Part shown: piece after piece, positions 17,565 through 26,906 of the stretch
Layout: every line of letters begins with the position of its first letter
Position numbering within the stretch: the stretch's first letter is position 1
Assembly: GCA_038325665.1 (NCBI GenBank)
Contig: JBBQJF010000002.1
Span: 1 to 49,130 of the forward strand
Length of the DNA: 49,130 bases
From: Dehalococcoidia bacterium
Lineage (GTDB): Bacteria > Chloroflexota > Dehalococcoidia > CAUJGQ01
Direction of reading: 5' to 3'
Program-made: the position numbers and the translations under genes
The notes under the pieces: generated by a model
What the model was told of the DNA's origin: nothing
Databases searched by the model: none
What the model saw: the letters and a program-made list of their open reading frames with translations, nothing else

Positions 17565-19105
17565 GCCGGGGCGGCCGCGTGCTGATGATCCAGGGCACGG
17601 CCTCGTCGGTCGGCAAGAGCCTGCTGGTCGCGGGCTTGTGCCGCCTGTTCCGCCAGGATGGCTATCGAGTGGCGCCATTCAAGGCACAGAACATGTCGAA
17701 CAACTCATACGTGACAGCGACCGGCGAGGAGATGGGTCGCGCCCAGGTGGCCCAGTCCGAGGCGGCCGGCGTCGCGCCGGATGTGCGCATGAACCCGGTC
17801 CTACTCAAGCCCGAGGCCGACCATCGCAGCCAGGTGGTGGTCATGGGCCGTCCGGCGTTCAGTCTGCACGGTGGAGACTTCCAGGCTCGGAAGGCGCACC
17901 TGTGGCCCGTGGTCGCCGGTGCACTTGACAGCCTACGCCGCGACTACGATATCGTCGTGATTGAAGGTGCGGGCAGCCCCGCCGAGATCAACTTGCGCGC
18001 GGGCGATATCGTCAACATGCGCGTGGCGCGGCACGCGGCCGCACCCGTGCTGCTGGCCGGTGATATTGACCGAGGGGGTGTGTTCGCGCACCTGTACGGC
18101 ACGCTCGCGCTGCTCGAACCGGACGAGCGGGCGCTGGTGCGCGGGTTGATCATCAACAAGTTTCGGGGCGACCGCTCACTGCTCGATCCGGGCCTACACA
18201 TGATCGCGCAACGGACGGGCGTGCCGGTGGTCGGGGTGGTGCCGTTTCTGCGCGACCTGCGTATTGCCGACGAGGATGCGGTCGTGCTCGAAGCACCGCG
18301 CGACCCGGCGGCGTCCGACGCCGCCCTTGATGTCGCCGTCGTCCGTCTGCCCCGGATCGCGAACTTCGACGACTTCGATCCGCTGTCGGCGGAGCCTGAC
18401 GTGCGCCTTCGCTACATCAGTCGGGCGGACGAACTCGGCCGGCCCGATTTGATCGTGTTGCCGGGCACGAAGTCGACGATCGCCGACCTCGCCTGGCTGC
18501 GGGCGACCGGACTCGCCGGAAAGGTGGTCGCGGCGGCCTCGCGCGGTACAGCCGTGCTGGGGGTGTGCGGCGGCTATCAGATGCTGGGCGACGAGGTCCG
18601 CGACCCGCTGCATGTCGAATCGTCCGAGGACGCCGTGCCAGGGCTGGGCGTGTTGCCGGTCGTCACCGACTTCGAGCCGGTCAAGGCCACGCATCAGGTC
18701 GGGGCCGAGGTGGTGGCCGGCATCGGTATGCTCGACGGATGCGCCGGCATGACCGTGCGCGGCTACGAGATTCACATGGGCCGCACGCCGGCGACGGATG
18801 GCACATTCCGGCCCTTTCTGGTTCTCCGGCAGCGCTCCGGCGCGCCGTCCGACCACCACGACGGCGCCGTCTCGGCCAGCGGTTGGGTGGTGGGAACCTA
18901 TCTGCATGGACTTTTCGACAACCACGCGGTGCGCACGGCAATCCTCGCGAATCTGGCCCGCCGCAAAGGAGTCGCGTTCCGGCCGGGGACGCCGCTCGAC
19001 CGCTCGGCCGAGTACGACCGGCTGGCGGACTGCCTCCGCGCGGAACTCGACCTCTCCGCGATCCATGACATGATAAAGCCGGGGGCGGTGACATGGGTAC
19101 GGTGA
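17561..19105 (+). CDS. cobQ: Cobyric acid synthase
   Basis: The ATG at 17561 overlaps the cobD stop (ATGA). N-terminus MIQGTASSVGKS, and a C-terminal glutamine amidotransferase part with LGVCGGYQMLG and YEIHMG. Confidence 0.9.
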   Translation: MSRGGRVLMIQGTASSVGKSLLVAGLCRLFRQDGYRVAPFKAQNMSNNSYVTATGEEMGRAQVAQSEAAGVAPDVRMNPVLLKPEADHRSQVVVMGRPAFSLHGGDFQARKAHLWPVVAGALDSLRRDYDIVVIEGAGSPAEINLRAGDIVNMRVARHAAAPVLLAGDIDRGGVFAHLYGTLALLEPDERALVRGLIINKFRGDRSLLDPGLHMIAQRTGVPVVGVVPFLRDLRIADEDAVVLEAPRDPAASDAALDVAVVRLPRIANFDDFDPLSAEPDVRLRYISRADELGRPDLIVLPGTKSTIADLAWLRATGLAGKVVAAASRGTAVLGVCGGYQMLGDEVRDPLHVESSEDAVPGLGVLPVVTDFEPVKATHQVGAEVVAGIGMLDGCAGMTVRGYEIHMGRTPATDGTFRPFLVLRQRSGAPSDHHDGAVSASGWVVGTYLHGLFDNHAVRTAILANLARRKGVAFRPGTPLDRSAEYDRLADCLRAELDLSAIHDMIKPGAVTWVR

Positions 19106-19686
19106 CCCTGGTGACGGGCGGCGCCCGCGCGGGCAAGACCGCGTTCGCGCTGTCGCTCGCCCGTGCCCACGCCGGCCCGGTCACGTACCTCGCCACCGCC
19201 GAGGCGGGGGACGCCGAGATGGCCGCGCGCATCGCGCGTCACCGCCGCGAGCGTCCGCCGGGCTGGGCCACGTTGGAAGCGCCGCTCGATCCGCGGGGCG
19301 CGCTGGCGGCGGCGGGGGTGCGCGGTGTGGCGGTGCTCGACTGTCTCACGATGTGGACCAGCAATCTGCTCTTGGACGCCCTCCCAGATACCTTCGACGA
19401 GGTCGCTGCCGAGCGCGCGTCCGATGAGGTGAGGTCACGGGTACAGGGGTTGCTTGACTGGTGCGCGCACGACCCCGCCGCCGACCTAATCGTGGTGACC
19501 AACGAAGTGGGCCTGGGAATCGTACCGACCACGCCGCTCGCCCGCTTGTACCGCGATGTGCTCGGCCACGCGAACCGGTTGGTGGCGGGCGCGCCGGCCC
19601 GCGTCTATCTCGTGGTCGCGGGACTGGCGCTGGACTTACGCGCCGCGGGCGCCGTGCCGGTCGACAGCGCCGGACGCGGCTCCTAA
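19093..19686 (+). CDS. cobU: Bifunctional adenosylcobinamide kinase / adenosylcobinamide-phosphate guanylyltransferase
   Basis: P-loop VTGGARAGKT, then YLATA...RIARHRRERP and VTNEVGLGIVP. It overlaps the cobQ end by 13 nt. Confidence 0.9.
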   Translation: MGTVTLVTGGARAGKTAFALSLARAHAGPVTYLATAEAGDAEMAARIARHRRERPPGWATLEAPLDPRGALAAAGVRGVAVLDCLTMWTSNLLLDALPDTFDEVAAERASDEVRSRVQGLLDWCAHDPAADLIVVTNEVGLGIVPTTPLARLYRDVLGHANRLVAGAPARVYLVVAGLALDLRAAGAVPVDSAGRGS

Positions 19687-19793
19687 ACTCATTCTCGGGC
19701 GGCGCGCTCCGGGTCGATCATCGCGAACACCCGGGTAACGCGCCGGCGCGCGATGTCCACGAGCACATACGATCCACCGGGAGCAGTGACGCC

Positions 19794-20567
19794 GTGATTC
19801 CAACAGGTGACAGCCTGCGATCCCACACGCGACCGTGGGTGAACTACATCCTCATCCTGCTCAACTTCCTCGTGTTCTTCTACGAGCTGTCGCTCGCGAA
19901 CCAACCAGCCGCCGTTGGTCGCAACGCGGTGAGTCAATTGGACCTGTGGATCTACGAGTGGGGTGTTGTTTCATGCCGGTTGGTCGATAGCTGTCCGGTG
20001 GGTTTTCCCGACGCGGGTGGCGGTAATCCCATCCTATCGCTGATCACATCGCAGTTCATCCACGGTGGATGGCTGCATATCCTTGGCAACATGCTGTTCC
20101 TGTGGATATTCGGCGACAACGTCGAAGACTCGATGGGCCACATCCGTTACCTCGTCTTCTATCTGCTCGGCGGAGTGTTCGCCGGACTTGCGCAGGTGGT
20201 CTCCGACCCGAACGCGATCGTGCCGGGCGTGGGGGCGAGCGGCGCGATCGGGGCGGTGCTCGGGGCGTATCTCGTGACCTATCCGCGTGCCAGCGTCTCG
20301 GTGATCATCCCGATCATCATCATCCCGTTCTTCACCAAGGTGCCGGCCGTGCTGATGATGGGGCTATGGTTCGTGACACAATTGATCGGGCTGGGGGCGG
20401 TATCGGACGCGGCCGACGCGTCGGGCGGGGTGGCGTACTGGGCGCATGTCGGCGGATTCATCGCGGGTGTGATACTGGTGTGGTTTTTCCGTGGCCGGCG
20501 GCGCAGCTACGACAAGAACGAGCGATACGAGCGCTATCGCCTCAATTGGCCCGCCGGACGGCCATGA
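19794..20567 (+). CDS. Rhomboid family intramembrane serine protease
   Basis: HGGWLHILGNMLFLWIFG, catalytic GASGAIGAVLGAY and AHVGGFIAGV. No in-frame ATG lies upstream. The GTG at 19794 follows GGGAG. Confidence 0.85.
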   Translation: MIPTGDSLRSHTRPWVNYILILLNFLVFFYELSLANQPAAVGRNAVSQLDLWIYEWGVVSCRLVDSCPVGFPDAGGGNPILSLITSQFIHGGWLHILGNMLFLWIFGDNVEDSMGHIRYLVFYLLGGVFAGLAQVVSDPNAIVPGVGASGAIGAVLGAYLVTYPRASVSVIIPIIIIPFFTKVPAVLMMGLWFVTQLIGLGAVSDAADASGGVAYWAHVGGFIAGVILVWFFRGRRRSYDKNERYERYRLNWPAGRP

Positions 20568-20740
20568 CTACTCCGGTCGGAGTACCGCGCCGCGCGAGAA
20601 CGCACGGCCGATATCTTGACCCCACCGCGCGCCGCGGCGAAGATCAAAGGGAAGGCGGTCCGGTCAGCGACACGCCGTGGAATGTGGCGCGGGGCCGTCA
20701 TCCGTGGTTATGCCGCACAACGTTGGTACGGGAGACGATC

Positions 20741-21187
20741 ATGCCTATCTTTCCGTCAGTCGAATGGTTCCAATCCGTCGCCGATATCATCAATGATGAC
20801 GAGGAGTATCGGCGCCTGGGCACGGTAGACGCTGCCGTCGGCATCCAGGTTGGTGAGCGCATGTTTGAGGTTGATTTCGACGCCTTCAACATCGTTGATG
20901 TGAAGGAGTTGGACGCCGCGACGCCGCGCGATCTCGATTTCACTCTCGTCATGCCCCACGAGCAGTGGCGCGAGATGATCGAGAGCATCAAGCAGAACGG
21001 CCGCGCCGAACACGACTACACGCTCAACTCAATCGACCTCAACGCGCCCGAGGAGTTTGCCCGCGCCGACGATTACTACCGTCGTGACCTGTTTTACCGC
21101 TTCAACCAGAGCTTTCAGCGGTTCTTCGACGCCTCCGCTCAAATTGACACCCAGTTCGCGGACTCCGCGGTCTCGCGCCCGGCGTAG
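20741..21187 (+). CDS. SCP2 (sterol carrier protein 2)-like domain protein
   Basis: The ATG at 20741 follows GGGAGA. The N-terminus MPIFPSVEWFQSVADIINDDEEYRRLG resembles bacterial SCP2-domain proteins. Recognised by memory only. Confidence 0.55.
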   Translation: MPIFPSVEWFQSVADIINDDEEYRRLGTVDAAVGIQVGERMFEVDFDAFNIVDVKELDAATPRDLDFTLVMPHEQWREMIESIKQNGRAEHDYTLNSIDLNAPEEFARADDYYRRDLFYRFNQSFQRFFDASAQIDTQFADSAVSRPA

Positions 21188-21218
21188 TGCATCGTCAGAC
21201 GACCTGTTCGGTCCCGCG

Positions 21219-21506
21219 CTAGGCGCTAGTCGCTCCGGCAAACTCGTGGATAATACTCATGACGGCGGCGGTGAGCGGTTCCCACTCCGTGTCCGGCTCG
21301 CGCGTCACGGTGAGAAAGTCGCGCAGGAAGAATAAGCTCTTCACCCCGGCAACGGCCAGAAGTCGGGCGGCGAGCGGCATACCCCCCGCCTGCCCGACGG
21401 ATGAGATTGTACGCGCGGCCGGAGGCCAGGGTGCATGATTCACCGTGAACTTCAGCGAATTGGGGTTGGGCGTGGCATCGACTCGAATTTCAACCGTGTC
21501 CGCCAT
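21219..21506 (-). CDS. Nfu/NifU N-terminal-domain-like scaffold protein
   Basis: MADTVEIRVDATPNPNSLKFTVN...VAGVKSLFFLRDFLTVTREPDTEWEPL matches the Nfu_N pattern. ATG start at 21506. Confidence 0.7.
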   Translation of the reverse strand: MADTVEIRVDATPNPNSLKFTVNHAPWPPAARTISSVGQAGGMPLAARLLAVAGVKSLFFLRDFLTVTREPDTEWEPLTAAVMSIIHEFAGATSA

Positions 21507-21730
21507 CAATGCCTCCAGCAGCCGCGTACGATAGCAAATCATCACCGGGGGGCCGGCTGCTCGCCAGTTTCTCGACATCCGACGTGGCTCATCGCTCCCG
21601 ACGACGCGCGGGCTGTCTGTCGTCGTCGCGAGCGAGTGTAGCACGGCCGCGCCGGCAATGAACCCGCGGGGAGGTTAGCAGCGCGTACCGCTCCCGAGGG
21701 GAAGGGCGCACGCGCGGGAGGCGAATCACC

Positions 21731-22156
21731 ATGGCGGAACAACTCACCGACGCCGAGATCAACGCCTATCTCGACAGTAAACCGGGTTGGATCATCCTCA
21801 CCACGATCGGGCGTGATGGCTTCCCGCACAGCGTGCCGACCGGGTACTTCCGGCTCGGCGACGATTTGTACCTCGGTGTCCGCGCCGGTACCCAGAAGAC
21901 AAAGAACATCGCGCGCAACCCGAGGGTGAGCCTGCTGGTCGAAAGTGGACGAAGCGGGAGTGACATCAAAGGTGTCATGATCCAGGGCGAGGCCACCGTG
22001 GTCACCGCGCCGGAGGAGACGTTGCGACTGAGCCAGGAGGCCGCGCGCCTGCGCGGCGTGCCGGACGCGGACCTGCCGGCAGAGCCGAGGCCGGGAGCGG
22101 CCTACATTCGCGTCCAGCGCCGCCGTGCGATCTCGTGGGATTACCGGCAGCAGTGA
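21731..22156 (+). CDS. Pyridoxamine 5'-phosphate oxidase family (possibly F420/FMN-binding) protein
   Basis: LDSKPGWIILTTIGRDGFPHSVP...KTKNIARNPRVSLLVE...GVMIQGEA is typical of the split-barrel PPOX family. Confidence 0.8.
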   Translation: MAEQLTDAEINAYLDSKPGWIILTTIGRDGFPHSVPTGYFRLGDDLYLGVRAGTQKTKNIARNPRVSLLVESGRSGSDIKGVMIQGEATVVTAPEETLRLSQEAARLRGVPDADLPAEPRPGAAYIRVQRRRAISWDYRQQ

Positions 22157-22301
22157 CATCAAGGCGCGTCCCGTGCACAGCTATCCACACCTGGACTGCA
22201 CCAATCCCATCGCAAGTTGTAACTATCTCGTAATATAACGCGACGGTATGCTTTCGTCAGTAGCGCTCGCCCCCGTGAGTGCGCACGATGGAGGCTGCAC
22301 G

Positions 22302-22733
22302 ATGCCGTTGAAAAACGATCCTGATAAAGAGTGGATCGGCTGGCTGGTCCACGATGCGGTGGAGCACCACCATGGTTTTCTGGACGCACTCTTTGAGCGT
22401 TTTGACGAGCACGCGATTCCCAAAGCATCGATCAAGACCGGCACGCTCAAGATGTGGTGGTATGACAGCAAGTACGTCGATGTCACCAGCACGCTCGATA
22501 AATCGAGCATGTGTACGATCCACGTTGCGCCGTACGGCCGGAGCTTGTGGGTGGGACGCGCCGCCGAGCGGCGGCGGGCGTTCTCCGTCAACTACCACAT
22601 CGACATGGCCGCCTCGGCCTTTCTCACGATGATTGATCGATGCATTGAAAGCGCCGTCTATTCGATCGCACCGGGAGGTATCCAAACGGTCAGCTCGGCC
22701 ACTCCGCATGGAGACCGAGCGCTCCATGGCTAG
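22302..22733 (+). CDS. Hypothetical protein (orphan, visibly AT-richer gene)
   Basis: The ATG at 22302 follows GGAGG with 8-nt spacing. The 143-aa product MPLKNDPDKEWIGWLVHDAVEHHHGF... has a normal amino-acid composition. I recognise no family. Confidence 0.55.
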   Translation: MPLKNDPDKEWIGWLVHDAVEHHHGFLDALFERFDEHAIPKASIKTGTLKMWWYDSKYVDVTSTLDKSSMCTIHVAPYGRSLWVGRAAERRRAFSVNYHIDMAASAFLTMIDRCIESAVYSIAPGGIQTVSSATPHGDRALHG

Positions 22734-23142
22734 GCGTGGCCGGCCCCAGCGCGGAGCCAGGATAACTGGTCCGGCTAACCCGCCGCCGGGGGCGATTTAC
22801 CGGATTGCCCTCATCCCGTCCCTCGTTCTGGCGGATGCATCCCCACGGCAGCGGCCGCACGGCATGGCGTGACCGAACTCCGCGCCCCGCGGCCGCTGCC
22901 GTGGACGCGTCAGCCGCCACCGGGCTGTCAATGATGGCGCGTCCCGATGCCGACACGATTGGGCGGGCACGCGTCTGACGGCCGCCCCCGTGCGTGACAT
23001 CTCAACCGCTTCTCAACCGCGATGCCATCCTTGCCCGACGCTGTCAGAGGACAATAGGCGTGCCCGGGGGGTCCGCGTCGCCGGTAGGTCGGAGCGGCGG
23101 CCACCGGGCTGGGCGGGATGAACGTCTCGCGAGGGTTGCTGG

Positions 23143-24456
23143 ATGTACACGTTGCTCCGCGAGAACCCCGGCGCTCCTGCCGGCACGACGAGCACGGCTC
23201 TGGGCAGGGGGTGGCGACTGCCGCGCGTGAGCCGCAACGTGCTCTTCCTCGGACTCACGAGTCTGTTCACGGATATCTCGTCGGAAATGGTCAGTTCGGT
23301 CCTTCCACTGTATTTCCTCTTGCACCTTAACCTGACGCCCCTCGGTTTCGGCGTTATCGACGGACTGTACCAGGGGTCAGCCGCGCTGGTGCGCGTTGCC
23401 TCGGGGCTAACCGCCGACCGATGGCGTCGCCACAAAGAAGTGGCGGCCTTCGGCTACGCGCTGTCGGCCGTCTGCAAGCTGGGACTGCTGGCGGCCGGCG
23501 GCGCCTGGGGCGTGCTCACGAGCGTCATCCTGCTTGACCGCATGGGTAAGGGCGTTCGTAGCGCTCCGCGCGACGCCCTGATCTCACTCAGCAGCCCACG
23601 AGAGTCACTCGGAGCGGCGTTCGGTGTTCATCGGGCGCTCGACACGGCCGGCGCGTTGGTCGGACCACTGGTCGCCTTCGGTCTGCTGATGCTCGCGCCG
23701 GGGGCGTTTGACGCGATCTTCGTTGTCAGTTTCTGCGTGGCACTGATCGGATTGGCAATGCTGGTACTGTTCGTCGAGAACCGCCCGGTTGCCCCGGTCA
23801 GCGACAGCCGTGCCGGCGCGGAGCCGGACGCGGAGCCGCCATCGCTGAGGTCGGTCGCCGGTTTGCTCGTCGCCCCCCGGTTCCTCGTGCTGGTCATCGT
23901 GGGCGGCATGTTGGGTCTGGTAACCGTCAGCGATGGCTTCCTCTACTTGGTCTTACAACGACGCCTCGACTTCAATATCGGCTTCTTCCCGCTGCTGTAT
24001 GTCGCCACGGCACTCGTCTACCTCGTGCTCGCCGTGCCCGCGGGGTGGCTCGCCGACCGCATCGGCCGCGGCCGCGTATTCGTCTCGGGCTACGCGCTTC
24101 TCATTGGCGTGTACGCGGTAGTCCTGCAGCCGAGCCTCGGAATGGCGGGAGTGATCGCCTCGGTGCTGCTGTTTGGAGCCTACTACGCGGCCACGGATGG
24201 CATCCTGATGGCTCTCGCCAGCGCGGTACTGCCGGCGAACCTCCGGACGAGCGGTTTGGCGCTGCTGACCACCGTGACCGGGGTGGCGCGACTTCTTGGC
24301 TCGCTTTTCTTTGGCGCGCTGTGGACCTGGCGCGGCGCCGAGGCCGCCGTCACCGTGTTCTTGGCAGGCGTCGTCGCGGGGGTGATCGTGGCGGCGGCCG
24401 CGTTCATGCGTGGAGCGCGGTCCGACCAGCGAAATCGTGCGATGACCGCCCCCTAA
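23143..24456 (+). CDS. MFS transporter
   Basis: About 12 predicted TM helices. N-terminal LFLGLTSLFTDISSEMVSSVLPLYF and the loop motif LDRMGKGVRSAPRDA are typical of one MFS subfamily. Confidence 0.85.
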   Translation: MYTLLRENPGAPAGTTSTALGRGWRLPRVSRNVLFLGLTSLFTDISSEMVSSVLPLYFLLHLNLTPLGFGVIDGLYQGSAALVRVASGLTADRWRRHKEVAAFGYALSAVCKLGLLAAGGAWGVLTSVILLDRMGKGVRSAPRDALISLSSPRESLGAAFGVHRALDTAGALVGPLVAFGLLMLAPGAFDAIFVVSFCVALIGLAMLVLFVENRPVAPVSDSRAGAEPDAEPPSLRSVAGLLVAPRFLVLVIVGGMLGLVTVSDGFLYLVLQRRLDFNIGFFPLLYVATALVYLVLAVPAGWLADRIGRGRVFVSGYALLIGVYAVVLQPSLGMAGVIASVLLFGAYYAATDGILMALASAVLPANLRTSGLALLTTVTGVARLLGSLFFGALWTWRGAEAAVTVFLAGVVAGVIVAAAAFMRGARSDQRNRAMTAP

Positions 24457-24474
24457 TCGCGCGAACCCACCGAT

Positions 24475-24495
24475 CCGGCCGCGAAACGCGGCCGG
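24475..24495 (+). other. Perfect hairpin CCGGCCGCG-aaa-CGCGGCCGG between the MFS gene and the next gene
   Basis: 9-bp GC stem 19 nt after the stop at 24456, with no U-tract. It may be an attenuator or stabiliser, or have no function. Confidence 0.35.
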
Positions 24496-24545
24496 CTGGA
24501 CCGCGGTTGCATCTCTACCGGCCACCTTTTGGGGAGACCACCGAC

Positions 24546-25676
24546 ATGGCGAAGCGATCACTTCTCGATGCGGGCGAGCATGTCACGATAGATACCAGCG
24601 ACCAATCATCAACGGCGAGCAGCAACTCGCCCGCTCCACCGGAGGCAACGGCGCGAACGAGTAGGGCGCGGCTGATGGTATTCGCGGCCCTCTGCGCGGT
24701 GAGCGTCTTGGTTGGAGGAGTCTACGCGGTGTTGGCAGTGCGCCGCGCAGCCCCGGAGTCAGCGCGCGGTCCGGTCGCGGCGGTTGCCGACCCAAACCTG
24801 CTCGCCACGATTCAAGGCGGGCCGCATCTCGTGTACCTGGAGACCGACGGTGACGCTTTCCGGCAGGTGGCCGTCGCGCCGCTCGAACCGCGCGGCGCGG
24901 CCCCGTATCTCACATCGCTTCAGTGTCAGCGCGTACACGTCGCGGCGGGACGGGGTTTGTGCGTGGGGCAGGATGCCTACAAGGGCGGCGCATTCATCTT
25001 TGACCAGTCGTTTCAGATCCGTCATACGCTGGCGATCAGCGGCATCCCGAGCCGGGCGCGGGTCTCGCCTGATGGCCGGTACGCGGCCATGACCGTGTTC
25101 GTACTCGGTCATTCGTACGCGGAGGGCGCATTCTCGACCCGTACGGTGCTGATCGATATGGACAGCGGCGCATCGCTGGCAGAACTCGAGGACTTCGCGG
25201 TGACGCGCGATGGCGCACGCTTCCGGTCGACGGACTTCAATTTCTGGGGCGTGACGTTTGCTCGGGACAGCAACCGCTTCTACGCGACGCTCGGGTCGGG
25301 AGGCAAGACCTACCTGCTGGAGGGTGACGTGGCGACCCGACAGGCGCGGGTACTCCGCGAGAACATGGAGTGTCCATCGCTGTCGCCGGACAACACGCGA
25401 CTCGTGTTTAAGAAGCTGATCGACAGGTCTGCCGGGCGGGCGGTGTGGCGACTGCACATGCTCGATCTCGCGACGATGGCCGAGACACCGCTGGCGGAGA
25501 CGCGCGGTGTCGATGATCAGGTCGAGTGGCTCGATGACGACCGGATCGTCTACACGCTACCGGACGCGGGTCCACCCGCGACGATTCGTCCCGATACGTG
25601 GATTCTCGCGCTTGATAGCGGCGACGCGCCACGGCGGTTGGTGACACGCGCCTTCTCGCCGGCCGCCGTCCGCTGA
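24546..25676 (+). CDS. Membrane-anchored TolB/PD40-like beta-propeller protein
   Basis: The ATG at 24546 follows GGGGAG. One TM helix (LMVFAALCAVSVLVGGVYAVLAV). Repeated VSPDGRYAAM and LSPDNTRLVF type PD40 motifs. Confidence 0.7.
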   Translation: MAKRSLLDAGEHVTIDTSDQSSTASSNSPAPPEATARTSRARLMVFAALCAVSVLVGGVYAVLAVRRAAPESARGPVAAVADPNLLATIQGGPHLVYLETDGDAFRQVAVAPLEPRGAAPYLTSLQCQRVHVAAGRGLCVGQDAYKGGAFIFDQSFQIRHTLAISGIPSRARVSPDGRYAAMTVFVLGHSYAEGAFSTRTVLIDMDSGASLAELEDFAVTRDGARFRSTDFNFWGVTFARDSNRFYATLGSGGKTYLLEGDVATRQARVLRENMECPSLSPDNTRLVFKKLIDRSAGRAVWRLHMLDLATMAETPLAETRGVDDQVEWLDDDRIVYTLPDAGPPATIRPDTWILALDSGDAPRRLVTRAFSPAAVR

Positions 25677-25686
25677 GTACCCCGAA

Positions 25687-25709
25687 GGCTGGCCATCGGC
25701 AGGCCAGCC
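25687..25709. terminator. Hairpin GGCTGGCC-7 nt-GGCCAGCC between convergent genes; probable bidirectional terminator
   Basis: Perfect 8-bp stem centred between the stops at 25676 (+) and 25732 (-). Confidence 0.4.
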
Positions 25710-25731
25710 GCCGGGATGATCGGTGAACAGG

Positions 25732-26544
25732 CTACCCCTCGGCTGCGGTCAGTGTCTCACAACCGGGAGGTGGCGGGTAAATCAGGATGCAGACCGGTGG
25801 GGAGGGCAGCGGCGGCGGGGAAGGCGAATAGACCGTGGGGCTAACCTCGTTGCGTATCACGGTCCAGATTCCCGCACGAAGGCGCAGCTCATACAGGTTG
25901 TACACCCGCTGATCTTGCTCGACCACCACCGCGCCCGTCAGACGCGAGCGCTCCTGGTAGAGCCAGCCCTCGACCGTGGTCACCCGCGCCCGATCAGCCT
26001 CCACCCGTAGGCTTGTTAGCGTGATCCAGCGCAGTTCCGGTGTAGCGTAGCGTCCTGAAGAGCGAAGCGTCTCGACATAACCGCGCAGCTCGTCGAGCGC
26101 TACACCGCTCCAGACCGGCGGCAGATCGCGCGTATCGAGCGTGCGAAGCGCGCGGGTATACAGAACGTTGGCGCGATTGACCGTCGCGAGCACGGGCCGG
26201 GTCGAGCACCCACTCGGAACCGGGATCGGTACCGCGATCGCGGCGCCGGGCGCCCCACCCTGGGCGATCACGGGTGGACAGGGATAGGGATAGGGGTAAG
26301 GGTAGGGTCCAGGGCGCGGGAGCGGCGACGCGGTGGTAGGCGCCGCTCCGCTTGCCGCCGTGCCGCTTGGCGCTTCCTCCGGCACGGCAAGACAGGCGAC
26401 CAACTCGGACGGGTCGCACCCGTCGTCGGGCGCTTGCTGCGCCGTGACGCGGCCGGCGGTCGAAAACGACAGCAGCGCGAGCACCACCGCCACCAGAACC
26501 ACACCGGTGAGCCGGCCACGCCCGCCAGACAACTGTCTGAACAT
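25732..26544 (-). CDS. Secreted or anchored protein with a (PY)n linker and a C-terminal ARC6-IMS/DUF4101-like domain
   Basis: The ATG at 26544 follows AGGAGG. Signal/anchor LTGVVLVAVVLALLSF, linker PGPYPYPYPYPCPP, and a C-terminal part WSGVALDELRGYVETLRSSGRY...VEGWLYQE...YELRLRAGIWTV. The domain call is tentative. Confidence 0.7.
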   Translation of the reverse strand: MFRQLSGGRGRLTGVVLVAVVLALLSFSTAGRVTAQQAPDDGCDPSELVACLAVPEEAPSGTAASGAAPTTASPLPRPGPYPYPYPYPCPPVIAQGGAPGAAIAVPIPVPSGCSTRPVLATVNRANVLYTRALRTLDTRDLPPVWSGVALDELRGYVETLRSSGRYATPELRWITLTSLRVEADRARVTTVEGWLYQERSRLTGAVVVEQDQRVYNLYELRLRAGIWTVIRNEVSPTVYSPSPPPLPSPPVCILIYPPPPGCETLTAAEG

Positions 26545-26793
26545 ATGGATACCTCCTGCACTCCGGCGCGCTTTCCAGGCCCCCCGCCCGTACCGTCAAT
26601 CAAGAAGACGTTCGAGCGCCGCCGATGTTACACCTGCCCCGGACAGCACACGCGACCAACATGAGCCAATCGGTATGCCGGCCGCTCCGACCACCGCCGC
26701 CCATACGCTGTCGCGCGGACAACCCGCGCCGGTGAGGTGAGCGTCGTTCTCCGGCGCCCATGCGAGCCGGCCCCAGGGAGCGAGAACCCACGG

Positions 26794-26824
26794 TTGGCAA
26801 CGTGGCGCCCTTCCGTGATACAAT
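26794..26824 (+). promoter_or_regulatory. Extended -10 promoter for tRNA-Asn (TTGGCA-19 nt-TGaTACAAT)
   Basis: -35 at 26794-26799 and -10 at 26819-26824 with TG two nt upstream. The -10 ends 10 nt before the mature tRNA 5' end. Confidence 0.45.
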
Positions 26825-26834
26825 TTGTGAGTAT

Positions 26835-26906
26835 TCCGGGGTAGCTCAGTGGTAGAGCGGGCGGCTGTTAACCGCTTGGCCGTAGGTTCGAATCCTGCCC
26901 CCGGAG
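26835..26906 (+). tRNA. tRNA-Asn (anticodon GTT)
   Basis: Cloverleaf folded by hand. Acceptor TCCGGGG/CCCCGGA, D arm GCTC-AGTGGTA-GAGC, anticodon arm GGCGG-CTGTTAA-CCGCT, T arm GTAGG-TTCGAAT-CCTGC, discriminator G. CCA is not encoded. Confidence 0.9.
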
